From Iphione sp. A-MEVVRFRX5 (lineage: Eukaryota): a stretch of DNA of 64,000 bases. The notes under the pieces were generated by a model that was given only the letters and a program-made list of their open reading frames with translations, made no database searches and was not told where the DNA came from. The first letter of the stretch is position 1, and every line of letters starts with the position of its first letter. Both the position numbers and the translations under genes were made by a program. Below, in pieces: positions 52,601 to 61,208 of this stretch. The stretch is from NCBI GenBank assembly GCA_976226885.1, contig OZ320313.1, positions 113,336,001-113,400,000 of the forward strand. The letters are read 5' to 3'.

Positions 52601-55600
52601 ACGGAAGGACTTATCACGATGGGAAGACGGAGACACCCATCACATCCCGCTCCCAGGTTTACTTATGTACCGTGTACCTAGATCTGTAGTAATCATTTGG
52701 TAACAATCTGCACATGGCCTGTAAGTGAGGTTACTGGTGCACCAGAGCTTATATAAAGTCCTACTAAGTTTTGTTTCCTTTTCCCTATGCAGGAAATTTA
52801 TTGATCGTTATTTTCAGCTAAACTTTATAATTCCAAAGATTTTATTCGGTTACTGATCCATTCAGGCATTTCGTAGTAACATGAGTTTATGAGGCCATTA
52901 AGCTGCAGGAAGCCCCTTCCAATGAAAACAAAATCGTCCGTATGTTAACAGTTTAAAAAATGTCAATAATGTTGGCGTTGCACTCACGCTGGGCCGAACT
53001 TCTGTTTGTACTGGGAGATTAAGTCCCACTGAATGGTCTGGTCAGTCATTAGTTCCAGCCCCCATGGTCTGAGGGTGCATGGCCTCCCCGCCCTAATCCC
53101 CTCTCTGTGCAGTACATTATTCCATTAATGGATCGCCGCGATCAGACATTCCACCTGCTGTTTGGTAGGGCTCCGTAGTTCTATTATGTTTCTGTCCCGT
53201 ATTGCTGGTATGTAGTAGCAGAGACGGAACCATGACCCGTAATGACCTTTTTAAAGCTGACAGAGGACCTTGTCACAAAAAGAATCTTATGATTAAGATA
53301 TTATTAAAATTGTATAAATCTAAAAGAATACAACAAAGACTGTCACCAAGCACTATGGAAATGATCGGTTCGTAGAGACGAGTTGTCAATAAACATTTGC
53401 TCTTGTATGTAGGCCAACAACTTGATATAATGGTCAGATTATCTTTCGAACCTGCTTGCCCTTTAAGCTGAAATGGTAGTTTACCATATATTGGTATTCG
53501 TATGTTTCTTTGCTATTTTACAGACTATTGATGAGAGCAACCAGAAGGAATGGTATAAGCAAATGTACAAGACACTTCACACAGAACACAAACCTAAGGA
53601 GAAGGGTAAGGATCTGACTACTTTTGTAAAGTCATTTTGGATTGCAAATCCCAGATTCTAACAGAAATGTGTAATATTAACCTCAGTTTCATCCATGCTG
53701 TATTTCGCTACTAACCGCTATCAGTAATTCACTTAAATGCAAAATGTATCATAGTGTTAACCGTACCTTAGAATTAGTATGAAAAGTTTATCTAGTCATA
53801 ACAAGTTGATATTAACTTGCTTACAGATGAGGAGGAGGGAGATGATAACTCCAATGATGCCTCAGCCGCACACACACTAACCACAGGTGTTTTCACTCGC
53901 CATTAAAAATGTTGTTCTATTTTAAATCCATTCTGTTTTGTCAACAACTGAATGTCAAAAGCCATGTGATACCCTTCACGGAATCTATTCCTTTTTTTCA
54001 TATTCAGAAAAAGAAACGTTAATCCGATAGTATCGGTGCCTCTGTGTCTGTGTGTCATACGAAACTGACTTTCAGTCAAAATATCATTTGCATATATACA
54101 TGTACACAGATGAAAAAATCGTTTTAGTTATTACGCGGTCATTACCCACTTGCAAGTCATGTAGTAGGAATAATTTAAAGCAGAATCTAATCGCAGCATG
54201 ATAATTACTTTGCCCTAGCAGAAGCAAAAGCAAAGGGGTGCATGGTTTTAAAAACTCAGTCGTTAGACCCCTCCAGCGGTGTGCTATATATAACACTTCA
54301 TCACTTTATCTGTGGACTTTCGCATGTTCGAACTGCCCTCAGCGCTCTTACTAGTACACCATACGGTGCAGATCTATTGGCAGCTTTTTCCCTATCAATC
54401 ACCACTCCTCCAGATCACCTCGCGAGTTAATAAACTTACCTTCACATCTATCTTCGTTTTATGTTGCCTCCAGGCTCCAAAAACCTCGCACATTCACACA
54501 CACACACACAGACACGCACACACACACACACAGCCTCTTCTCCTCAGGTGGCGCTGAATCTTGTCCTTATAGTCCCACAAAGCAATTCTCTTGCAATATC
54601 AAGGGTAGAAGGACATCGATAATTGCCTTAACTATCGTCCCTTTTGTCGCTGTCTCCGTCTCCTCACACACCATATTTTGGTGGATCATTTGACCTGGAG
54701 TGTTACTTTTTCTAAAAACCTTCCCCTCTTTTGTTTCTGGATGTCGAAACGTGGGATTTAGTCAATGGTGAAAGTTTGTTTGAAGGATCATTATCTTTTA
54801 TGTTAGTATGTTCTTGATTCCATTAAGATCTCTCTTCATGTCCAGATACTTGCCAATTCTCCTAATCGTTTCTTCAAATGACTTTCTTAAGGAGTGCTTG
54901 TGAGAAGCGTCTAGAAAGCTGTATGCTACTTCGCATGCGATTTAGGAAATTCAAAAATTTATGCCTCAGAAAATGCTTCATGTAGTCGAAATTAGGCTTT
55001 CACTTTTCACACGAGTGCTTGTAGAAATGCTTTGCATACTCATTCAGACAATTTTGTAAAGTTTGGATACAGACGAAATATTAATTTTAAGATAGAAAAG
55101 AAGAATGTCCCTCTATCGATTTATAATCAACGTCTGACTAACGAATTCGGGATTGCTTTTTATTCAGATTAGGTCATTCTTAACATCATTATGAGGAGTC
55201 TGATATGTTTAGCATAAGTAGGACCACAGTTGACATAATGTAATGGGATTTTATTCCGACAATGTTAATGCCTTAGCTGAGACGAACACCTACAAGCCAA
55301 CCTATGTCTTCCCAGAAGATGACACATCATCAGAGAAAGAAGGTAAATTGACTTAAGTCAAAGATAAACAAGCAAGGGAGGATTAGTGACCAGGCCACAT
55401 ACACCAAGCAATTTCCCGGCATTCATACAGCATTAGCAGATGAATGCACATAATAATACTCTGGCATACGACAATTTTTTTCTATCAATATTCTGCTTTT
55501 GACGCTTTTTCTTGGAAAGAAACAAAGGGCCCGGACATTAATTCAGATAAACGTAACAACTATCTGTAATCTTTTCATCATTGAAACAATCTTGTTTTTA

Positions 55601-58011
55601 CTGCGTTTGGTAATTTTATTGATTTTTGCTGCTCCGTATTGTCTGTCACAGTCATAATCCGCACAATTCTCACCGATTGTGACATTGCAATTCGCTGCTT
55701 TGGTGCACCGTTCAGTGGTCTTATTTACACATACCGTAGAACCTCAGAATGGGGACACCAGTGACTCGACATCCCTCAACTGGGCACACTTTTGGTTGAA
55801 TAGCTCCTTATTTGGGATATACATGTATATGGTAATATCCAGAACTGGGAACACACCCTGAATGGGGACATTTTCATTGAGAGTGTCCCCAGTTCTGAGG
55901 TTCAGTTGTATATACCAATATACATATATATATGTGTGTGTGCATACACAAATATGTATACACCCATTCACATACATAGGTGAGACGTGGCTATGTCTTT
56001 CTCCCATGAAGTGAAAAAAAAACCATTCACATACATGTATATATTTATTCATGTACACGTATGCACATGTGCCCGTCATGGTTATTGCCCAAGTTACTAA
56101 AGGCTTGTTCCCTCGTTTCGCCTCTCTGCAGAGCCTAACCCATACCGGCCCAGCTACGAGTTCCCCAATAAACGCAAAGGCTCAGGTAAGTCGCCATGAC
56201 AACTCCTCCTGTGTGCCGTAGATAATGTTTCAAACTTACACTAGGTGGAAGCACCGTCAATAGCCTTTCACACTTTTACTTCCAATTTCAGCTGAGCCTT
56301 TAAACTTGTAGAGGTGCATGTATCCTGCTGGAGCTGAAAGGATTAACGTCCTGTCGGAAGCCATTTTTCTTTATATTCTCACTGCATTATCACAAAAAAT
56401 AGTACCCATAGTTAAAGATTGATGTAACACGAAGCAAGAGTCGATGCGATCATCGACTTTATTGTCAACTACTTGAATGCCCTAGTAAAAAGACGTGCAC
56501 ACGGAAACTTGTGTGGACTGTGTCCTGTCGTGCATGGTCACCTTTCTGTGGGATAAAGCATTGCCAAGTAGTGGCCTATGGTCTCCTTCCTCTTTTTGAT
56601 TGACACGCCGCCGGAGTGGCAGCCTGTGTGTGATACCCATGCTTGTTGGCCGCTTCCCAGGCCAGGTATGCCCCGCTGTAGGAAAGGGCTTTATGTGTCG
56701 GCCAGCCTGCCATCTGGCAGGCGGTGTCGGAGTACGCGTGCCTGACATCCAAAGGGGCAAATCAAGTAAGAGGGGGCGAGGGAGGGGAGGAGGGGGAGGT
56801 GGTGTGTGTGTGTGTGGGGGTCTGGGGGCGGACCTGTTACATAGAGCACAAGCACACAAAGGACCACTCCTTCAGGCTTTTATTCACAGAATTCTGCTCA
56901 GTATAGCACAGACACGTGTTCGTAGGGCGGACAAGTAGCGCCACACAGAAGCACTCACGTTTGGTTTTATTAGGTTTCTTTAATAGCTGTCACGTTATCT
57001 TCATCTCCAGCTCGTGACCGTGAAGTATGTAACCTCATAAAAGAAAAAGTGTGAAATCTAAACATACTGAAGAGTGAGGTATTATTATTATTGATTAAAA
57101 GTAGATTTAAAAACACATGTAACGATCACTTAATTTCCTTTGCTTTTGGTAAATTAGCTTAAATTGACATGCCGTGTTGTATGATTATTTTGACAGTTGC
57201 AAAGCATCATTAGAGACTTCCTCAGGTGTATACAGTAACTCTTGAAAGGCGCATCCTGGTAAAAGCGCCCCGCCCACCCCTAACCGCGCCTAAGTTTTCA
57301 GTGCTGGAGTCACATGTGCATATTGTACGAGTAGAGCGACATCTGATGCTGCGGGCGGATGAGGTAAGGTATGGAATTGACCTGCAGCTTGCTCGTCTTA
57401 CAAGTCGACCCCCCCCCCCCCCGTTCCCACTCCTCTAACTCAGTCTGGCAGGAAATATGATCAGCACCCACCAATCGTGGCTGTGGTTGGCAGTCGGGGA
57501 GGGGAGTTAGAGGCGGGGGGTGGTAAGGGTGGGATGAGGGTGAACCAAATGGGGTCCTTGTCATACGAGGTGGGCTCAGCATGCCCGAAGGCACTGGGCT
57601 TTCAACTGGAGCCCACCCCAGTAGACCACACACGAAGAATAGCTTCTTTAGCTCATTATGAATTTACCTGCTACAATATTCATGAGCTGCCGCTTCTTAT
57701 TGGTCGAAAGGAACAGGCCTGGCGTACTTTGTCCCTGTAGCTCGTGGAAGTGGAGGTATAATGGTGTTTTGATTCAATTTTTTTAAGAAACGGAAACCTT
57801 TGCCCTTAGGAAACAAAATCCAAGTCCGTGTTACAGAGAACACGACAAAGGAAATTGATTATACGTTTGAAGCGACTGTGAGCCCATAGTTTATTGTTAA
57901 TTGTGTAACGTCATCCTACGAGCAAATGGTATTAAACTATTTTTATTTTCTTCCAGACGATACGACTAAGTCGTTGGATCGCTATACGGTGACTGGCATG
58001 GGACGTAAAGG
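19536..58011 (+). CDS. SORBS: Multi-exon gene, partial at both ends: PDZ + disordered region + SoHo domain, SORBS/CAP/ArgBP2/vinexin family adaptor
   Basis: Exons 19536-19687, 26448-26551, 27543-27758, 32122-32286, 35243-35368, 38159-38515, 39327-39443, 39885-40448, 41388-41608, 43118-43346, 49336-49532, 53524-53605, 53827-53886, 55277-55342, 56132-56185 and 57957-58011 all have AG/GT borders and join in frame without stops (2765 nt). A SoHo signature is formed across 49336-49532 + 53524-53605. The symbol is family-level only. Confidence 0.8.
24848..24898 (+). mobile_element. Possible degenerate tRNA-derived SINE head
   Basis: A-box-like TAGCGCAGTAG (24848) and B-box-like GCTTTGATCCC (24888) at tRNA-like spacing. 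Mismatched boxes; no cloverleaf or tail recognised. Confidence 0.25.
26448..26551 (+). CDS. Internal exon following the PDZ
   Basis: ttctgtttttccag|G...G|gtaagc; 104 nt, phase 2 to 1; (R)GSLSNTLPRAKGRLNGDVNHNLPGYWSGDEGEFN(G). Confidence 0.8.
27543..27758 (+). CDS. Internal symmetric exon (phase 1-1), S/G/P-rich, ends in VWSPF
   Basis: tttcactttcacgcag|...|gtcagt; 216 nt; GLCKPVFSTIALDIG...ASPLNPSSSVWSPF; lies within track ORF 27281-27907. Confidence 0.8.
27787..27850. repeat. Compound TAC/CAC triplet microsatellite
   Basis: ctactactactactactaccaccacttctaccaccattactacttactactacttctactactc; intronic, just after the exon donor. Confidence 0.85.
32122..32286 (+). CDS. Internal symmetric exon (1-1), YKPVSF motif and Q/H-rich tract
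   Basis: ttcctcgaatttag|...|gtgagt; 165 nt; GENRTVSYKPVSFGGPRPSSYSSPSTPTPLQQHQHQLEQQHLHQQPLQQYMEPQS. Confidence 0.85.
34070..34145 (+). promoter_or_regulatory. Possible internal promoter elements (G-rich GC/GT boxes, then ATTGG next to TGACG)
   Basis: ggggtggagggttgggggtgggggg followed by tgattggctgacg (reverse CCAAT adjacent to a CRE half-site). Motif-level evidence only. Confidence 0.2.
35243..35368 (+). CDS. Internal symmetric exon (1-1) with PPxY motif
   Basis: ctcttcttggcatctgttatag|...|gtaaac; 126 nt GC-rich island; (A)LELRPPSYSQVMAGSKRVAPRGGASEGWQPPPTARQATRFN. Absent from the ORF track in this frame because it has no start codon. Confidence 0.8.
36844..37068. other. Assembly gap (225 N)
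   Basis: Run of N. It lies in the intron between exons 35243-35368 and 38159-38515 and could hide a small exon. Confidence 1.
38159..38515 (+). CDS. Internal symmetric exon (1-1) with synaptopodin/myozenin-like SKGLALFLKRQRK motif
   Basis: tatactctttcag|...|gtactg; 357 nt; very high GC3 coding-like composition; inside track ORF 37999-38814. The donor is weaker than consensus. Confidence 0.85.
39327..39443 (+). CDS. Internal symmetric exon (1-1), S/P/T-rich
   Basis: ttttgtccaactatag|...|gtgagt; 117 nt; VNSEQADLSQPQSATNPSTSTTLSPRPSPPAAHRASPKP. The nearby downstream AG (39333) gives a stop, so it was rejected. Confidence 0.75.
39885..40448 (+). CDS. Internal symmetric exon (1-1), disordered
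   Basis: tattttgtgttcaccag|...|gtgagt; 564 nt; EGDSPVHHLTDD...VIAAAPRP; track ORF 39836-40456. Confidence 0.85.
41388..41608 (+). CDS. Internal exon (1 to 0) with VWTPG, VWSPSG and YRPV motifs
   Basis: ctaaatgtttccag|...AAG|gtcagt; 221 nt; GVWTPGAKPDLGKHREVQEEEDQLEETKPGANEANNARPLVWSPSGQQSPSKKEYRPVRIESATLPKTSADAGK. Confidence 0.88.
41828..42065 (+). mobile_element. Two imperfect direct copies (about 65 bp, 173 bp apart) resembling HINE/Helentron-type ends
   Basis: 41828-41894 and 42001-42065 share gtccc..gcct.atagaggg..taggaatgctg...gacca.ccgtca. The second copy forms a hairpin gtccccc(g)cctc-ata-gagg-gggggac after a T-rich run. The family assignment is inference. Confidence 0.4.
42471..42494. 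repeat. (AC)12 microsatellite
   Basis: Direct read. Confidence 0.95.
43118..43346 (+). CDS. Internal exon (0 to 1), T-rich, ends in PQSPTITLLQKSR
   Basis: cctatatccttccag|GGT...AGAG|gtaagg; 229 nt; GADLLKPEDSFAWKPSGRTTTATSTG...LPTPQSPTITLLQKSR. Missed by the ORF track on + because it has no start. Confidence 0.9.
44334..45500 (+). CDS. Large symmetric (1-1) exon, 389 codons, S/P/T/R-rich; probably a cassette
   Basis: tcggtgtttgcag|CG...CACC|gtaggc; 1167 nt (multiple of 3); core of track ORF 44234-45799. Composition turns AT-rich shortly after the donor. Confidence 0.8.
47470..47502 (+). CDS. Candidate 33-nt symmetric microexon
   Basis: tatgtactttcag|ACGACGAGCCCACCAAAGACGTGCTGCCACCTG|gtatga; (D/H)DEPTKDVLPP; preserves frame. 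Supported only by splice signals. Confidence 0.5.
47736..47805. repeat. Imperfect CCA triplet repeat
   Basis: caccaccaccaacaccaccaccaccatc...ccaccaccaccgccac. Confidence 0.7.
49336..49532 (+). CDS. SORBS: Exon (1 to 0) encoding the N-terminal half of the SoHo domain
   Basis: acacttgcttgcag|...ACG|gtcagt; 197 nt; EGQLPKGAVYIG...VEKKAPRYAGVGPKDKDTGMPVSLRT matches ArgBP2 [22 protein letters not shown] (recalled). Confidence 0.95.
50748..50767. repeat. (AT)n microsatellite
   Basis: Direct read. Confidence 0.9.
52538..52656 (+). CDS. Candidate alternative exon (1 to 0), or 3' part of an alternative first exon (ATG 52465), splicing into mid-SoHo
   Basis: ccgctgccttattttag|AG...CAG|gtttac; 119 nt; (E)EAEGKNNRRQRRHRRPLHTNDGRTYHDGKTETPITSRSQ. 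Same phases as 49336-49532 and a similar C-terminal end. The donor is weak. Confidence 0.4.
53524..53605 (+). CDS. SORBS: Exon (0 to 1) encoding the C-terminal half of the SoHo domain
   Basis: tttgctattttacag|ACT...AAGG|gtaagg; 82 nt; TIDESNQKEWYKQMYKTLHTEHKPKEK matches the SoHo core TVDRPKDWYKTMFKQIH. Confidence 0.95.
53827..53886 (+). CDS. Acidic symmetric microexon (1-1)
   Basis: aacttgcttacag|...|gtgttt; 60 nt; DEEEGDDNSNDASAAHTLTT. An acidic stretch follows SoHo in vertebrate SORBS proteins (recalled). Confidence 0.7.
54495..54532. repeat. Imperfect (CA)n microsatellite
   Basis: cacacacacacacacagacacgcacacacacacacaca. Confidence 0.9.
55277..55342 (+). CDS. Symmetric microexon (1-1) with YKPTYVFP motif
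   Basis: gttaatgccttag|...|gtaaat; 66 nt; AETNTYKPTYVFPEDDTSSEKE. Confidence 0.8.
55734..55908. mobile_element. 175-bp MITE, Tc1/mariner-pogo-like
   Basis: Terminal inverted repeats: ccgtagaacctcagaatggggacac versus the reverse complement of the right end, caactgaacctcagaactggggacac. Flanked by TA on both sides (55732-55733, 55909-55910). No ORF. Confidence 0.8.
56132..56185 (+). CDS. Symmetric microexon (1-1) with YRPSYEFP motif
   Basis: tttcgcctctctgcag|...|gtaagt (near-perfect sites); 54 nt; EPNPYRPSYEFPNKRKGS. Confidence 0.8.
57957..58011 (+). CDS. Microexon (1 to 2)
   Basis: tttttattttcttccag|...GG|gtaagt; 55 nt; DDTTKSLDRYTVTGMGRK(G). Confidence 0.7.
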
Positions 58012-61000
58012 GTAAGTGTTTATCTGATGACGGACGTGGAGACTGATGCAAAGCCTGCTTTAATAACCTACTTGCGTGTATGCTATCTGAAGTTTAGGAA
58101 GACGAATTGTTAACAGAAGGAGATATATAGAGCAACAAGTAGGTTTAAAAGATGTACCTGTCCACAGGAAATAATCGAATCTGACCTATGTAATCTTAGA
58201 GTCGGATCAATCTGTGTGTTAGTTACAAACGTATTTACCCAGAAGGACACCATGAGGAAGGTGCACTAGTGATCGTCTGGAATACTGGGGCGTCAAACAC
58301 CAGTTACTTGTTTCTGAGTTTCATTTAACGCATCCCTTCACACTCTATAAATCGTAACGTTAGACTTAGAAACAACTTTTAACTTAATCATTTAAGCGCA
58401 AACTAAGATGTTCGGTATACCATATGTCGGCTCAAGTCAAAAGTCGAATAGTGTCCATTTGTGATACTAGGTGGCACCATGGCGCACGGCCTGTGAAGTG
58501 CAGATTGTACATATTTATTATTAAACATACACTCTTCTCAGCTATCCATGCATAATAATAGCTGGCGAAGTTGCCTGTTTTATTACTAGAGCTTTCCTTT
58601 CTGATAGTCTAGGAGTAAACCTGTATGATTTCAATTAGATGTAGATTGATTCCGCTGCGAACGCGCAAAGGCGAGAGGTAAACACTGGCTGTGAAGCAAG
58701 GTAGTTAAAACTTTCTTTACAGTGAAAGGAGAACCTTGGTGGGATATCATTTAACAGGAGGACAACTCTGTGACCGAAGTTGAGCCACGAAGCGTCAAGG
58801 TGTCCACATCCACCTTGTGTCAGACAATTGTTGCAGACAGAATATCCAATTCATGTACATTGTACATGTCGAAGGCTTCGACCGAAATTCAATGTAATGA
58901 TTTAAATCTCACAAGTGGATGAAAGAAAAAGAGACAGAGTGCAGCCATTTGTTAAAATTGTTGAAGACATGCGTTGTCTGGCAGCTTTAAGTTCGCTGTC
59001 CGTCTATCTCACCAGTGTTGCCCAGTTCGAATGCCGATACCTGAAGAGACATGACCAAAGCGGCTTATCTAGGTGATATTATCTGGTAGTCATCCCGTTA
59101 TGTATTCATCACTTGATTGCAGAAGCTCACACTCTGTCGCGCCGTAATAGGTATCTCAGGACCGAGTAGCAGCTTTTTGTTATCTATCCACTAGGAAACA
59201 GAATTCTTTCTGGATAACCCAGCCGACTTGACTGCTTGCGTCAGTTAAAGATAATAACGCAGTGTGTAAACATACATGTACAGTCGTTTTCATAGGTGGG
59301 TGAACATTCCCAATAGTAAACCTGCCTACCTGGGCCTATTTACCTGTTTATAATGGATCACTGAATCCAAGAATTATGCCTTTTCCAAAGTGTTGCCCTC
59401 CTTTCTAAGTGGTCGCGTTAGAGCATTTTTATTCTAAAGTTGTGATTACAGTTCCAAACTACACACTGTGAACAGTATTCTATATATGAGTTGGATACTA
59501 ATTCTGTACTTTTAACGTGGAGATACCTCGGACTTGGTGCTGGGGATCATGTAGTCTGGCCGACTGACCGTTGGCGGAGAACCAAATGGCACATGCTGCC
59601 GCCGGCCGCCGCCCCATTCCTCGCACCACGGGGACGTGGGGAATGGGAGGGAGGGGCGGGGGGCCAACGTGATATCACGTTGCCAGGCAACTGGTAGAAC
59701 ATAACGAAATTCTTCTCATAAATTCTCGACCTGTTCAGCTGTTTAAGTGTGCCTAACGTCGGGGGTGAATGCGATGTCAGGCTCCGTTGATGCTTGACAG
59801 ACTGCCTCTCATCCATATATCTACGATTAGGCAGCATCCTTTTGCAAAACAGATCGTTTTATTGTCATATCCTGACAGAAGTTTGGGTCAGTTTCAACAG
59901 ACATCCAGCTGCGAGACTACAGTTTGTCAGAAGAATTAGTTTTGAATGTCCTGTTCGTCTACCAGGTCCGTCTTTCCTGGAAAATTAAAGGCCATATTTA
60001 CGACGATATTAATCTTGTTTTGCAGAATACGTTATCGTCCTCTTGAAAGTTTTTTTTCTTATACATGATAGGGAAGCCTTATCGTTCTCACGCAGTCGCG
60101 ATTCCCGAATGACAGTTATTAGCTTAGATAAGGATAAAAAAAATTATATGTGTACCTTATTTCGAGAGCTCATATCGATCTTGGTATATAATGCCATTGT
60201 GCCGCTTGAAAGTGTGACTTGCATCTGTCAATATTATATAAAATTCATCCAGTGTACATGTAAAATTATTCGAATTTTACAGGCAGATTTTGTACTGGCC
60301 ACAACATTTTGATATTCTTGACCTAGGAACACCTGGGACGTGAGACGTTAAATGACCTCTGTGTAGAGTGTCATTCCTGGACGTACAGCCAGTTTCCCCC
60401 GTTGTGAGGGGAAAAGTTAAATTTGCAATGTGAAAAAAAGACCAACTCTAGTATAATTTTGTCGTTGCTGTCACCAAAAATAGTATGCATTCAGCAGGGA
60501 CTGTGGCTGTGCCTTGGCGGGCTCCATGGTTTCGGGCGTCCTTTTCAATACATTGTAGATGCAAGAATAAAGTTTTATAGCAGCCAGGAAACTTGAATTC
60601 ACTGAAACAAAGCACACGTCGAGGAAGATGGCGGGGCATGCTTCCAATTAGGAGTTGCAGTGATGCGGATACTTTATGACTCTTACTTGGTGTCTTCCAG
60701 CAGCAGGGATCACTTGATCATGTCGACTCATTAACTTACTAAAGAAAAACGCACGCACAGGACCAGTCACTACGAGCTGACTTTCAAGTGGCGTAAGTGC
60801 TTTTCAGTACCTACCGATAAGAGAGTAATGAAGGATGAATGGGAGCATTGGCTCATATTGGAGGCAATGCGAACCCACCCTGCGGCGGTAGAAAATATTA
60901 ATTGGTGTTCGACATCGTAACGGTTGGCCTTGATGGTTTAATTTGTGTGTTGGTCGGAACGCTTGGCCAGCAAAGGCCAAATGGCAGCGCGCCTCCTGGC

Positions 61001-61149
61001 GGCATTGGTGAGCGTCAGCTGGTCAATCTCCTCACGGGACCCCCTCCCGCTCCCCTCCCCTAACAGTGAACTGCCCATCTCCGAACATTTATATATAGTG
61101 TCAACAGAATCACAATGTGTCTGTCCCACATGGGTAGGAGTCCTCCGCC

Positions 61150-61208
61150 TGAAAGTCAACCCCCCCCCCCCCCCACACACACACACAGACACACACGTTG
61201 AAAGTCAA
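61150..61208. repeat. C15-(AC)n tract flanked by a 10-bp direct repeat
   Basis: TGAAAGTCAA (61150-61159) + 39-bp C/AC tract + TGAAAGTCAA (61199-61208). Confidence 0.8.

Noticed and set aside
54474-54547. AG...GT-bounded segment containing the CA repeat
   Set aside because: It is 74 nt and shifts the frame relative to the flanking phase-1 exons; mostly microsatellite.
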